Shown: positions 12,001-23,956 of the stretch, in pieces
How positions within the stretch are numbered: the first letter of the stretch is position 1
Layout: each line of letters opens with the position of its first letter
The notes under the pieces: generated by a model
The model's database searches: none
Seen by the model: only the letters and a program-made list of their open reading frames with translations
What the model was told of the DNA's origin: nothing
Assembly: GCA_964247055.1 (NCBI GenBank)
Contig: OZ176055.1
Coordinates: 6,138,001 to 6,202,000 of the forward strand
Source: Paragordius varius
Taxonomy: Eukaryota; Animalia; Nematomorpha
Reading direction: 5' to 3'
Length of the DNA: 64,000 nt
Program-made: the position numbers and the translations under genes

Positions 12001-15000
12001 TTTAAATCGATTTTTCGCCCTAGGTATGAGACTGTAAAAATTCGAGAAAGATTTTTCGTATTGCCTGTTAAAAGGCAAAAATTTTAGTCAAGCGTTTCTT
12101 TAATGATAGATGCTGAGTAAGGAGTATCTATCATATGTATAGCATGTTAAAAGATATATGGATATTAATACATTATTTATCCTCATCTATATATTTATAA
12201 AAATGGAAAATGCTGGCTTTGTGATCTGGTACAGGAAAACCGGTAGACCCAATCAAATCCAAATATCGAAAAAATATAATCATTAATAAATGTCCCGACA
12301 ATAGCTTCGCCCTTTTTTTGAAATAGGCCCCCAGTTCGGGCCCACCCCGTATGAAAAACGGGTTTTTTTTGAAAACAGAAGTCCACAAAATCGTGTTTTT
12401 GAGACAATTTTCCGGAGAACGTGTTGGACCATTCAATTTCAAATATAATTTTTGTTTACTTATTTTCGATTGCGCTGAACATAGCCGAGCCACTTTTTTG
12501 ATTTAGGCCCTCTTTTTACCCGCTCCCCCCGTGAAATGCCACCTTTTTCAAAAAACAAAGTCCACAAAAATAATTTTTTAAATCGATTTTTCGCCCTAGG
12601 TATGAGACCGTAAAAATTCAATAAAGATTCCACGTATTCCCTGTTAAAAGGCAAAAATTTTAGTCTACCGTTTATTTGATGATAGCTGCTTGGTAAGGAG
12701 TTACCCGCTAAAAACTGATTTTTCATATAACTTTGTGATCTGTTCCTGGAAAACCGGTGAAGCCATTCAAATCCAAACATCGAAAAAATTTAATCATTAA
12801 TAAATGCCCCGACAATAGCTTCGCCCTTTTTTGGAATTAGGTCCCCAGTTTGGGCCCACCCCGTGTGAAAAATGGGTTAAGTCAATTTTTTGGAGAACGT
12901 GTTGGACCATTCAATTTCAAATATGATTTTTGTTTACTTATTTTCGATTGCGCCGAACATAGTCGAGTCACTTTTTTGATTTAGGCCCTATTTTTACCCG
13001 CTACCCCCGTAAAATGCCATTTTTTTCAAAAAAAACAAAGTCCACAAAAATAATTTTTTAAATCGATTTTTCGCCCTAGGTATGAGACTGTAAAAATTCG
13101 AGAAAGATTTTTCGTATTGCCTGTTAAAAGGCAAAAATTTTAGTCAAGCGTTTCTTTAATGATAGATGCTGAGTAAGGAGTATCTATCATATGTATAGCA
13201 TGTTAAAAGATATATGGATATTAATACATTATTTATCCTCATCTATATATTTATAAAAATGGAAAATGCTGGCTTTGTGATCTGGTACAGGAAAACCGGT
13301 AGACCCAATCAAATCCAAATATCGAAAAAATATAATCATTAATAAATGTCCCGACAATAGCTTCGCCCTTTTTTTGAAATAGGCCCCCAGTTCGGGCCCA
13401 CCCCGTATGAAAAACGGGTTTTTTTTGAAAACAGAAGTCCACAAAATCGTGTTTTTGAGACAATTTTCCGGAGAACGTGTTGGACCATTCAATTTCAAAT
13501 ATAATTTTTGTTTACTTATTTTCGATTGCGCTGAACATAGCCGAGCCACTTTTTTGATTTAGGCCCTCTTTTTACCCGCTCCCCCCGTGAAATGCCACCT
13601 TTTTCAAAAAACAAAGTCCACAAAAATAATTTTTTAAATCGATTTTTCGCCCTAGGTATGAGACCGTAAAAATTCAATATGGATTCCACGTATTCCCTGT
13701 TAAAAAGCAAAAATTTTAGTCCACCGTTTATTTGATGATAGCTGCTGGGTAAGGAGCTACCCGCTAAAAACTGATTTTTCATATAACTTTGTGATCTGTT
13801 TCCGGAAAACCGGTGAAGCCATTCAAATCCAAATATCGAAAAAATATAATCATTAATGAATGCCCCGACAATAGCTTCGCCCTTTTTTGGAATTAGGTCC
13901 CCAGTTTGGGCCCACCCCGTGTGAAAAATGGGTTAAGTCAATTTTTTGGAGAACGTGTTGGACCATTCAATTTCAAATATGATTTTTGTTTACTTATTTT
14001 CGATTGCGCCGAACATAGTCGAGTCACTTTTTTGATTTAGGCCCTCTTTTTACCCGCTACCCCCGTAAAATGCCATTTTTTTCAAAAAAAACAAAGTCCA
14101 CAAAAATAATTTTTTAAATCGATTTTTCGCCCTAGGTATGAGACTGTAAAAATTCGAGAAAGATTTTTCGTATTGCCTGTTAAAAGGCAAAAATTTTAGT
14201 CAAGCGTTTCTTTAATGATAGATGCTGAGTAAGGAGTATCTATCATATGCATAGCATGTTAAAAGATATATGGATATTAATACATTTTTTATCCTCATCT
14301 ATATATTTATAAAAATGGAAAATGCTGGCTTTGTGATCTGGTACAGGAAAAAGGTTATACCCATTCAAATCCAAACTTCGAACCCCCCCCCCCCCCCCCA
14401 GAAGTCCGAAGGACTTCCTCGGGCTGCGTAGCAGCACGAGATTCACGCTAGTATATTATATATGTGAACTCAACTCTTCTAATTCTTCGTTATCTTATCT
14501 AATTCTAGCTGTTTGTTGTTAAAATAAAAAAATATTTTTGAGAATTATGTTGGCATAAACTACGTAAAAAGATTTAAATATATAAGTTAAAATGAAAAAA
14601 ATGGTAATGTGGAAAGTGATACATATTTATTAAAATATTATCATTAATTAAAATGATGAAAACATCCTCAACAATAATTTACGGAATATGCGAAATTTCA
14701 TCGATTAGTACATAATTTTTTTCTTATATTTCGCTTCAATTCATTGGAAAAAATAATTTTTAGATTTTTTGCAAAAAATATTCATATTTTATTGGTTATC
14801 TGTATGTATATTCATCCATTTTTTAAAAGATATATGAATGATAAATGATATTTGATTTATAGGCCGCATTTTCTCTAATAAAATAATACAATTTTTTAGG
14901 AAAAAAATATTTTATACAAACCACCACACCACGCATTCTTTTTCAAAAATATATATTTAAAAATAAATTTTTGATAAAAATTCAGATATAAATAAATTTT

Positions 15001-16745
15001 ATTAGCGAATAAGTTTGTTATACCGATTATATTATCAGGTCCAAGTATAGCGTTAACATAGGTGAGAGATGCCCCATCCGTACCATTGAAAGCATTCGTA
15101 AGATCCAAAGTATTTAAAATATCTCTCAAATGCCTAACATGCAATCTTATTTCACGCAAAGTGTATGGCTCTATACAATAATGTAAAACATAAAAACTTG
15201 ATTATAATTTTATCGATTGGGATAGATATACATTTGAGTGGTTATATTATGTATTATAATGATGCCATTCTTAACAAAGAATTTTATATTCAAAAGTGAA
15301 CAATATACGAGATATATTACGGAGGGAATTGCTACTACATTTTTTACAATATATACTTAGTAAAAAAATGGGACTCTAAAACATATGGTGATGTCGGGAA
15401 ATAAATCATTTTTAGTAATAAAATGGCTAATTTTAATTTATTTTATTTTATTCAGCGTGATTATACTTTTGCTGTTAACATGTAAATTAAAAAATTCAAT
15501 AATGGAAAAAATTAAAAAACAAAAACCTGACAATGCCTATTTTTAATAGGAATTTTGCGGCTTCTCTAGAAGAATCTAAAATTTATATCAAACTATTTAA
15601 TTATCAAGTACTTATTGATTGATTTTTGTTAAAATTTTACCATAACTTGCCAAGTCTGTAAAAAATTATGGTTATAATAAAAATAAGAAAGGCTGTAGTG
15701 GTGGTTTCTTTCTATTACCCATTATTTTTACCGATGTACCGTTTTATCATTATTACTCAATTTTTACCCTTAACTAAAACAAAAGTTAAATTTCACCAAA
15801 AAACCCGCATTTCCATGTTAAAATGTTTGAAATTTGTAACTGATCGTATTTTATATTTTAAACCTACCTTGTTTGATCATTAATGTATCATTTTCACATA
15901 ACGTAGGTATACTCTTAAGTTCAGAAAATTGATCTAAAACCGTGCCCTTGTGGACGAGAGAAAAGCATGTTTCCATATACGTTTCCATTCTTTCCATCAA
16001 TATTTGATGTAATTCTTGCACCATTTCCGACGATGTTACCTGAAATTTTTATAAATTGTGATTAAAAATTTATAAAAATAAAACTTCCAAAAACAATTTA
16101 AAAACCAGATCAATTTTTATACACTTAAACGGAGTGAAAATTAAAAATAATCTCAATTGGGGTTTATGATTATAAGGGTTGCATAAATAATTTTAACATT
16201 TCCTCACATGTTAATAATATATCATCATAATTTTGAAGAAACGAAATTAAATTTGATGATAAAAACAAAAGAGCTATTGAAATCTAAAGCAGTGACTCCC
16301 AAAAGGGGGCGTGAAAATTTAATTAAATTAATGATATTGTGAGGATCTCAGGTGCAAATTTTCATGATTAGTCTCCGATATGGATAAAAATTTTAATTGG
16401 CAGATAATTTTTATAAAATTATAATAAATTTTGCATTTTTATCTTTGTTTTTTTGGGAGGAAAAGAGCCAGAATTCGTTTTCGTTTTGGTGGGGCGTGAA
16501 CAAAAAAAGGTTGGAAAGCACTGGTCTACAGGGTGTAAATTTAAGAAACAGACGAAATATTTGGTAAAACCAACCTTAAAAAATAGGGTAGAGAGGAATG
16601 CAATATTATATAATAAAATTATAACTATTAAGGTTAGAATTTTCGTTATACTATAATAAATGTATACTTGGATTTCTATAAGGGAATCCGGATTTTCCGA
16701 ATACTGAATGTTAAGGTTAAAAATTGAATGCTCTTGAATTCCCAT
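1..16745 (-). CDS. CLUH: Clustered mitochondria protein (CLUH/clueless), 5' portion; gene continues beyond the left edge. Exons 16668-16745, 15868-16039, 15024-15170, 1448-1671, 920-989, 691-775, <1-56. An additional upstream exon is possible.
   Basis: Spliced translation gives IEIQ|[45 protein letters not shown]...[19 protein letters not shown], then [36 protein letters not shown]|[29 protein letters not shown]|STDTIFNP. These match recalled CLUH motifs (SPQEMVQEIHQVL, EPYTVREARIHVRHVRD, WNPPPGNRKMHGDL, ITASTRGFYLNQST). All junctions are GT-AG with consistent phases. Confidence 0.93.
1725..1888. mobile_element. hAT-type MITE; related copy at 55353-55550
   Basis: Imperfect TIRs CAGGACTTGGAACC / GGTTTCAGGCCTTG, with a 7/8 matching 8-bp TSD (GTATATAA / GTTTATAA). 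Confidence 0.6.
2539..3061. mobile_element. TTAA-flanked piggyBac-like MITE, copy 1
   Basis: Starts TTAA|CACTTCGATTCAAATTGGG and is collinear with the copies at 17624-18199 and 38183-38759. The right end is degenerate. Confidence 0.7.
3669..14350 (+). repeat. Tandem array of nine ~1056-bp units (starts 3669, 4724, 6904, 7962, 9018, 10074, 11130, 12186, 13242) plus a partial tenth at 14298; each unit contains two ~0.5-kb related subrepeats
   Basis: Near-identical sequence recurs at a 1055-1058 bp period, mirrored by the repeated ORFs in the track. Subrepeats begin CTTTGTGATCTGGTACAGGAAAACCGG and CTTTGTGATCTGTTCCTGGAAAACCGG. Confidence 0.98.
5772..6890. mobile_element. Non-autonomous CACTA (CMC/EnSpm-type) DNA transposon nested in the array
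   Basis: 17-bp perfect TIR CACTAGACAACAAATTT / AAATTTGTTGTCTAGTG. The 3-bp TSD TTA (5769-5771, 6891-6893) is confirmed against uninterrupted units, which read ATACATTATTTATCC. Confidence 0.92.
16290..16523. mobile_element. hAT-type MITE in a CLUH intron
   Basis: Ends CAGTGACTCCCAA / TTGGAAAGCACTG, with a 6/8 TSD (ATCTAAAG / GTCTACAG). Confidence 0.55.
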
Positions 16746-17623
16746 TTGAATATTGGAATCGATTTGATAGCAAGATATAAGACTTTACTTTAAAAGGTAT
16801 TTAAGATATATATAAATCAATACATATATGGATGAATTTTTTGCTGAAATGTAAACAACAAAAAGTTATAAAAAATAAAAAAAATGTAAACTAAAAATTG
16901 GGATAGTAGGTAAAAGATAGGGGGAAAAGGATACTTTGTATATGTATATCATTTTTTTATTTTATTTTTTTTGTGATATTGTAGATTAGATTAGGTAATG
17001 TGAGAACATACGTAGAATGTTAATATTAGTGTGTATAAAATGAAACAATATTTATTTAATATTTATATATTTGATTTATTTTTAAGCGCCTCATCATACT
17101 CAAAACAATATTTATTTTTATCCTGTGAGGGATGTGTGTATATGTTTATAACAAAAATATTTTCCCAATTTTAAATTTTACTATTTTTTTATCGTAGTTA
17201 AATATTTTATAGTTGGGAGTTTTGAACTAATTTGAATATTATTATATATAAGGTCCAAAGATATTTTAAAAAAAGTAAACATTGGAGGCTTGGTGGGAAA
17301 TGCAATTGTAGAATGATGCAAAAAAAGCATGGGTGTGTTTGTGTTTACATACAAATTATATTGTACAAATAAACAATGTACGAATTTATTTTTGACCCCC
17401 GGATATGGATCTTGCTAGCAAAAAAAACACACCCCCATTTTAAAACATTTAGTTTTTTGTGTGTTTAATTTTCAAATGTGTGTTGTGTAATCGAAAAGCA
17501 AATCATCGTATTATTAATTTTTACTGTATATTATATATTAGATTGAGTTTAATCGATTTGCGATGCGCTCTATGCAAGCCAAATTTATTGTTGCAAATTA
17601 ATTAAATTTAAAATTTCCATTAA

Positions 17624-18199
17624 CACTTCGATTCAAATTGGACTATTTAAATACCCCGACTAAATTTGAGTTAGGGTTTATAAAAAATACTGTAAGAAAC
17701 GGTTCCAATTTAAATTTATGCTTCTATCCTAATAAAAATTATATAAGTATGCCAAAATATCTAAATAAAATTTTGTTTTGAAAAAAAAGTTCCATGTCAA
17801 ACTACTTCGACGCCATTTTTATTTTAAAAATTTTGCAAAATATCGTCTTCATTTAATTTTAAGGGTAAAATTAAAGCTAACTTTTTATTTAAATTATGTA
17901 CATCTAATATTGATAGAAATAGAAAAAGCGGTTTATTTTGTATTATTTTCAATATTTTTATTGCACACATGTCATGTTGACTAAATTTTTACCTTACGGT
18001 TTTAGCTTAAAATAGGTTATATCAAGTATTTTTAAATTTTTTTTTTAAATTTCGGTTTTTAATGTTATATAAGTGCAAAATTTTGCCATGGTTTCGATAC
18101 CTTCCATATTTATTTAAGAATTTAATTTTAAACAGGCCTGGGGTATTTAACTACCCCAATTTGAATCGGAGGACTAAAATGAATGTGTTGTTCCAAGTG
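17624..18199. mobile_element. TTAA-flanked piggyBac-like MITE, copy 2
   Basis: TTAA|CACTTCGATTCAAATTGGG ... CCCAATTTGAATCGGAGG...GTTGTTCCAAGTG|TTAA. Confidence 0.8.
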
Positions 18200-18798
18200 T
18201 TAATGATTGCATATTTTAATTAAAAAGAAAATATACAGTAACCAAAGCTATTAATGGCCATTTTTTTAATGGCTAAAAGTTGATTTAATATACATGTCTG
18301 TTGCCATGTGTGAGATTTTTCTTGCATTTATTACATTAAACAAGCTCTATTGTATTTTTTATCCACAATTTCAATTAAATATGTAATTTCCAAAAATGAA
18401 AAATTATACATACCAAATAAATCTCTTTTTAGCCAATTACCGAAATGACCAAGAGCCCTTGTTACTGTATAAAATTTAAATCAGATCACCCATAGTACAC
18501 ATTTTGACTATCTGATGGGATCATGATCTATTCGAAAATTATACTGTAAAAAATTGAACTCAAATGACAACGGTTACATGCGGAAGTTGCATCAGGTCGA
18601 AACCCAGAATTCAGTATAACTATAGAAATTAACTTTCAAGATTCAATTGTTTATAAAAGAGAGCCAACATTAAATACAGCTCAGGGCGCCCAAAAATCCT
18701 AGGTTACTAGTGTAGAGATAAAGCTTAAATAAAATAACACATATGGAACAAAATAACGTTTCAAACACATATATTGATATATATATATAGGTATAAAG

Positions 18799-21169
18799 CA
18801 GTGGTACTCACCAAAAAAATTTGACGGGCCAAATAAAATATATTTTTTTTTCGAGGGCCATGTCCCTTATAATGGATATTGCAAAGCTATTTAACACATA
18901 TGCACATATTTATACTCTAAATCAGCACAATGAATTTTTTGCGGATCGCATGTAAATCCAGCTAAAAACTGGTTTACCATTTAGTTTAAAAAATTAAAAT
19001 ATTTTGATAAAAAATTTTATTTCGATATTAACCAATATTTTTTGACAAATTTGGTTTCACCTCATGACAGGCCAATCTTAATACGTCGTTAATATGAACA
19101 TCGGTTAGGCAGTTTCTGTATGTATTCTTGAGATATTTTATTTTTGAATATGACGTCTCGCTCGTATAAGTTGAGGGAAAAAGAGTTAGGATAACTTCAG
19201 CCCATTTTTTTATATTTTCATATTTATTTGGCACATCTTGCCAAAACTCTACATATCTTTCTTCTCTACGATTCTCTTTTTTATATCCAAATTGGAATTT
19301 TTAAAACCTACGAAGTCTTCAATGATATGCGCCTGATCAAAACCGAAATGCTCAAGTTGCTTAATGCTGGATATATCCATATGCCATGGATATTCAACGA
19401 GTTTTAGGCAAAATTTAATATATCTTAATTTTTGAAATCTTACTCATTAGATAAAAATGTTGATGATCTATTATTAAATTAATCTCCGCGGTGAATTCCA
19501 TATTTTCTTTATGAATCGTTTTAAGTGTTGAATACAGAAGTTTTTAATAAAATCTAGTTTATATTATTAATTTTTAAAAGATATTTTATTAGCAAATTGG
19601 GTTAAGCTGCAACTCTTATTGCTACAAATATTGATTCCTTGACGACGTATTGAAAAAGTTTATAAGTAATGTCGCAAAGGTACACTAATAAAACCCACCA
19701 TTTGTCGCTATAAATTTCCTCGTCAAACTTTCTGTTATCTTTTCTAAATATTAAAATTTCATGTCTTAAAACAAAAAATCTATTCAATACTTTGCTAAGG
19801 ATTAGCCATTTCACAGCGGTGTACAAAAGAATATAATCAAACTCACTGTGAATATCTTTCAGAAGGTTTTTGAATTTACGGCGGTTGAATTCTCTGCCAC
19901 GGATGTGGTATTATTACAACCGTTTAAATTACTCAACGAGTGATTCATCTTTTACACGCGAAACCAAGTTTGATGAATAAAGCAGTGAAAGGATAAAATA
20001 TTTTGTAAATTATATTTGTTTTTCAAAAGAGGAATAAATCCTTTGGTTATTCCAATCATAGAGGGACAGCCATCTGTGCAGATCGAAACCGATTTTTCAT
20101 AGATATACCATTATTATCGAAAAAAGTTTTAATTATTTCGAGAAAATCACTTCCTTTCGTGTATTATTCATTAGTAAAAATTTTAAATATTTATCGTTGA
20201 TTATGTTGCCGTTGCAAAATCTTACAAAGAGCGCACATTGAGGTGTTGTATTAATATCAGTGCTAGAATCAATAGTATTACTAAAATATTTGCAGTTTTT
20301 CTGAGCCAATAATGTATCGTTAAAAAGATATTAATACATATCTTCAATGCGTCCAGCACATGTTCAGAAAGTTGAAGTTTTTTAATTTGCCTCATGATTT
20401 GTTCTTTATATGGAATTTATGAAATAAAAAAGTGCAACCATTTATTAGACATTCTTTTAGTTGGAAATCAGTAAATGGTTTTATATTTTTTCCTAAAATA
20501 TAATTTCATACGAAGCTAATTATACAACTTTTTCCTGGAAGAAAGCTATGGACATAATACATTTTCCTTTCTGGTATAATTCCTTAATATTTTTATGTTT
20601 TTCGTTTTTCCTCATTTTCTGGTAATTTATGAGAAAAATGGATTGTAAAATTCTTTCAATATTGTATTTTTTTTTATAATTATGTTGTCCTTACATATAA
20701 GGCTGGTAACAACATTTTTATTTTAAACGACAAAGGGATAATTTACGTTTTTTAGCATTAGATGTCATCCTTTGAATGCTATAAAAAAACAGGTCGAAAT
20801 TTAATGATGTGGATTTGAAAAATATTTTATGGGAATGAGTTATATAAAATGAGGCAGGATAGCTATGAAAAGATATGTATGCAAGTTTGGGTGAAAGGCT
20901 TGCTTAAATACAAAAAAGGAATGCAATAAAAATTTCAAAATAGAAAAGAAAATAGAATACAGAAACAACGCGTGCCAAAATTTTGAAATTATTTTAATGT
21001 AGGGAAATTTTCTACAAATCGAATTGGGTAAAAAATAACCACCAAAATTAATTCTAAAGAATATAAATTAATATTAAAATAATCGAAAATTCATTTATGT
21101 GTTAAAGGGCAATTTTAAAGCACTCTTAGGGCCGCATGCGGCCCGCGGGCCGCGGTTTGAGTATCACTG
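18799..21169 (-). mobile_element. Decayed hAT DNA transposon, Buster/Charlie (ZBED5/FAM200-like) type
   Basis: TIR CAGTGGTACTCA / TGAGTATCACTG with a perfect 8-bp TSD GTATAAAG (nnnTAnnn pattern). Transposase remnants are YTAVKWLILSKVLNRFFVLRHEI (cf. HTEVRWLSRGKVL) and LFPSTYTSETSYSKIKYLKNTYRN (cf. PFPSTYLCE, hATC dimerisation region). Confidence 0.93.
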
Positions 21170-21989
21170 GTATAAAGTATCCCCTAATTTATTATTACTG
21201 TTTTCAAATTCTAATATATCCAAACTTAATTATATTAAGTATATAATTAAATACCAATTTATTTAGTATTTCTATTATTATTATTATTATTATAGAATAT
21301 CAAAATACTAAATAATTTTATTTTGGCTTGTAAATGTGATGGTGAAAATTCACAAACAATACTAATAATACATTTAAATAAATATGATATGTGCATAAAA
21401 GTGATGCGCATACATCTTTTCTCGCTGGGGAATTAATGAACTTCAATCAGCGCTGTGTTGTATTGGCTGTTACATTGACAAAACTTAAGTTACTACTTTT
21501 CGCCAATGGAAAGGGGAATGGGAAACCTGTTTTATTACATTGTAAAAATGAATTTACCAATGTTAAATATCAAAAAATGTCAAAATTTCAATAAAATTTC
21601 GATGGCAAAGTTGGACAATGTTCCTGTAGGGTTGGGCATCTTCGTTTTAATTTGAGCCTGTGTAACCGCTTATAAAGAAAAAACCTTATGAACATATGTT
21701 ACTTATTTGATAAAATAAATTTGGTTAAAAAAATCAAATTTGCCATTGCTAGTTTTAGGTAACCAGCCAATTTAAATGGTTCATTAGCTTTTTTTATATT
21801 ACTGACAACATGCATTACCAATCGTGAAAATGATTGCTTATGACCAATGATTGTATTCATAAGGTGTCAGCTCGGTTATTATTTTTACTTATATACCAAA
21901 CCAAAATCTAATGGCATCCATAATTCAAATAAAATGGGTATGTATTTGGTGAATCATATAAAATTATAACATAAATTAGATTATTTTAC

Positions 21990-23836
21990 TGCAATCACAA
22001 ATCAAACATCCTTGTCCATTCCGTTTTTTGCGGCAAAATATGGGGCAAAATACACTAGGGCATTCTATTATTATAAACATATTATCAACATTTAAAGTTT
22101 TATTAAGTCGGCGCTAAATCGATGTTTATTATATCCAAATAATTTGTTGCTAAAGAAAAACTTAAACCTCATGTACAAATGTAAATTTAAATGTTTAAAA
22201 AATATGTTTTATTTAGAAATTGGAACTATGTTCAAAAATTGATTTAAGAATTGGTATTTTCAACCAGAAAGATTTCAAAAAAAAATGATGGGCGCAAAGG
22301 ATTTAAGGGGGGCCACGGAGAGTATAGCCAAGGACTCTGGTTAATTAGATTTACATTTTTTAATTAGCTTTAGTTAAAGGGCCACGTTAAGACAACTTTA
22401 AGGATTACAAAAGATAAACTCTTAAATTATTTAATATAAATTAAAATAAATTATATTTTTAATAAAATAAAAAAGCGGTAATAATATACTGCACTGACAA
22501 GTCCGGCATCCATCACTATCTATAACATTTCCATTTTCACATTCTCGACATCTGAGAGCAAGGCATTCTAAAAATTATTAAAACCAATCAAACAAAATGC
22601 AAAAAAATTAAAACACTATGCACATTAATACTGGTCAATTCACAAATTGTTGGGCAATTGGTACTACAGTAGCGTATGGGTAAAAAACAACAAAAGGTTG
22701 AAATAACATTTTTTTCCAATCTTACAACATTAAATTTTATTTAATTATTGAGACAAATTTTGTTTTATACCATATGATATTGTATAACCAATTGGCCAAC
22801 AATAATGTAGAGTAACCAACGTTAATGTGCATTATTGTAATATATTATACCGCATTTACAAGTTGGGCATCCATATTCATCGGGCACGTAGCCTTTGGAA
22901 CAATTTTTCGGGCATTTTCGTTTCGGACATCCTACATTTTAGTTTTTATAATATAGTCTAAATTTTTTTAAAAAATAATTTCCCCTAATTAAAGCGATCA
23001 AAATATTTTTTTAGGAATTAAAACTGAAACTCCGCAGCTAATATTGTAACCGCTTTGAAACTAAACAAAATTAATCAGAAACACTTAGGAACGGTTTTGG
23101 ATCCAGAATATGATGTAAAACAGTTTTAAAATATATGATTTATTAATTTTTTGGTTACACCTTTAATATGATCTCTATTAGTCTTGTTTACCATTTTATT
23201 TGAAAAATATTTCTTGAATTTTTTAAAGGAAAGCAGCATAATAAATGTTTTAAATATTTAAAGGCATATATTTCTAAGTAAAATAGTAAGATTAAGACAA
23301 AAAATTAGTTATCTGGAAGCGTTTTTCCAAAAACTTGGAACCGACCGAAAATAATTTTTCTTTCAATCCCTGGTTAAATTTTTTGTCCTCTCTTGTAAAT
23401 AAAAGTTAATATTACGGCATTTGCAAGGAGAACAGAAGCCACTTTCAAACCCATATTTACATTTTTGAAAGCTTTGGGCGCATACTATAATTAATTTATA
23501 TATCATAAATATTTACATTTATTTAAATTAAAAGTACAGTATGAGTAGGTATACATTGCTATAAAGTTATTATTGCCAAATAGCATATACTACAAAGGGC
23601 AGTATTATTGGTTTATAGTTATTTTTTTCACTTTTTCCTATTATAGGCCAATAATAATTCTCTTTGCTGTATTTACTATTTGGCAATAATCAATAACTTT
23701 CCAGCAATATATACCTATTCATACTGTAATATAATATTATACATTTTGGGGGCAGTTTGAGAGTTTTTTCAGTTGCTTGTTGTAGGAGAATGGGTATAAT
23801 TCCACACAAACAAGTGAGAACAATCAAGGTATTCAT
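21990..23836 (-). CDS. Secreted antistasin-repeat protein (putative serine protease inhibitor). Exons 23743-23836, 23416-23484, 22851-22931, 22490-22567, 21990-22064; 3' end unresolved.
   Basis: Signal-like MNTLIVLTCLCGIIPILLQQATE is followed by four Cys-rich exons: CAQSFQKCKYGFESGFCSPCKC, CPKRKCPKNCSKGYVPDEYGCPTCKC, CLALRCRECENGNVIDSDGCRTCQC and CPSVFCPIFCRKKRNGQGCLICDC. All are phase 1-1 with GT-AG junctions. Confidence 0.85.
22619..22832. mobile_element. Small TIR MITE in an antistasin-gene intron; inverted partial copy at about 24437-24633
   Basis: Terminal inverted repeat ATGCACATTAA / TTAATGTGCAT with longer imperfect inverted arms. Confidence 0.65.
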
Positions 23837-23949
23837 TTGGCAACAATAAAATTTATAAACTAAAAAAACTAATTTTTCAGAGAGCAATTTAAACTAATAA
23901 AGTTCATATAAATTTGAATAAATTAATTTATATAGGTTTCAAAAGGTCG

Positions 23950-23956
<7 letters not shown>

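Larger units (their letters stand above)
3669..14451 (+). mobile_element. Non-autonomous Helitron-bounded tandem array inside a CLUH intron
   Basis: Left edge A|TCTATATATTTATAAAAATG is a typical Helitron 5' end. The right edge has hairpins GAAGTCC-GAA-GGACTTC and CTCGGGCTGC-GTA-GCAGCACGAG, then CTAG|T at 14448-14452. There is no TSD, and insertion is between A and T. Confidence 0.85.

Noticed and set aside
3669-14350. CRISPR-like or rDNA/5S array
   Set aside because: The units are about 1 kb and nearly identical with no unique spacers. I recognised no rRNA, tRNA or snRNA sequence, and the context is eukaryotic.
3665-14446. Repeated 64-106 aa ORFs (MARLCSAQ..., MSQKHDF..., MFGFEWL...)
   Set aside because: They are overlapping frames in non-coding tandem repeat units, with no recognisable domain and no Rep/helicase motifs.
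17181-17330. Possible first exon of CLUH (MLFLHHSTIAFPTKPP...)
   Set aside because: The phase is compatible, but there is no homology support and the length is within chance expectation.
17778-17984. Short ORFs within MITEs (also 2651-2842 and 48125-48601)
   Set aside because: They lie inside non-coding repeat copies, and the frames are not conserved between copies.
18680-18715. Possible second Helitron 3' end (...CCTAGGTTACTAGT)
   Set aside because: No convincing hairpin or matching 5' end was found.
21391-21594. 67-aa plus-strand ORF and nearby candidate 3' exons of the antistasin gene
   Set aside because: No recognisable product, and no splice combination gave a convincing continuation.
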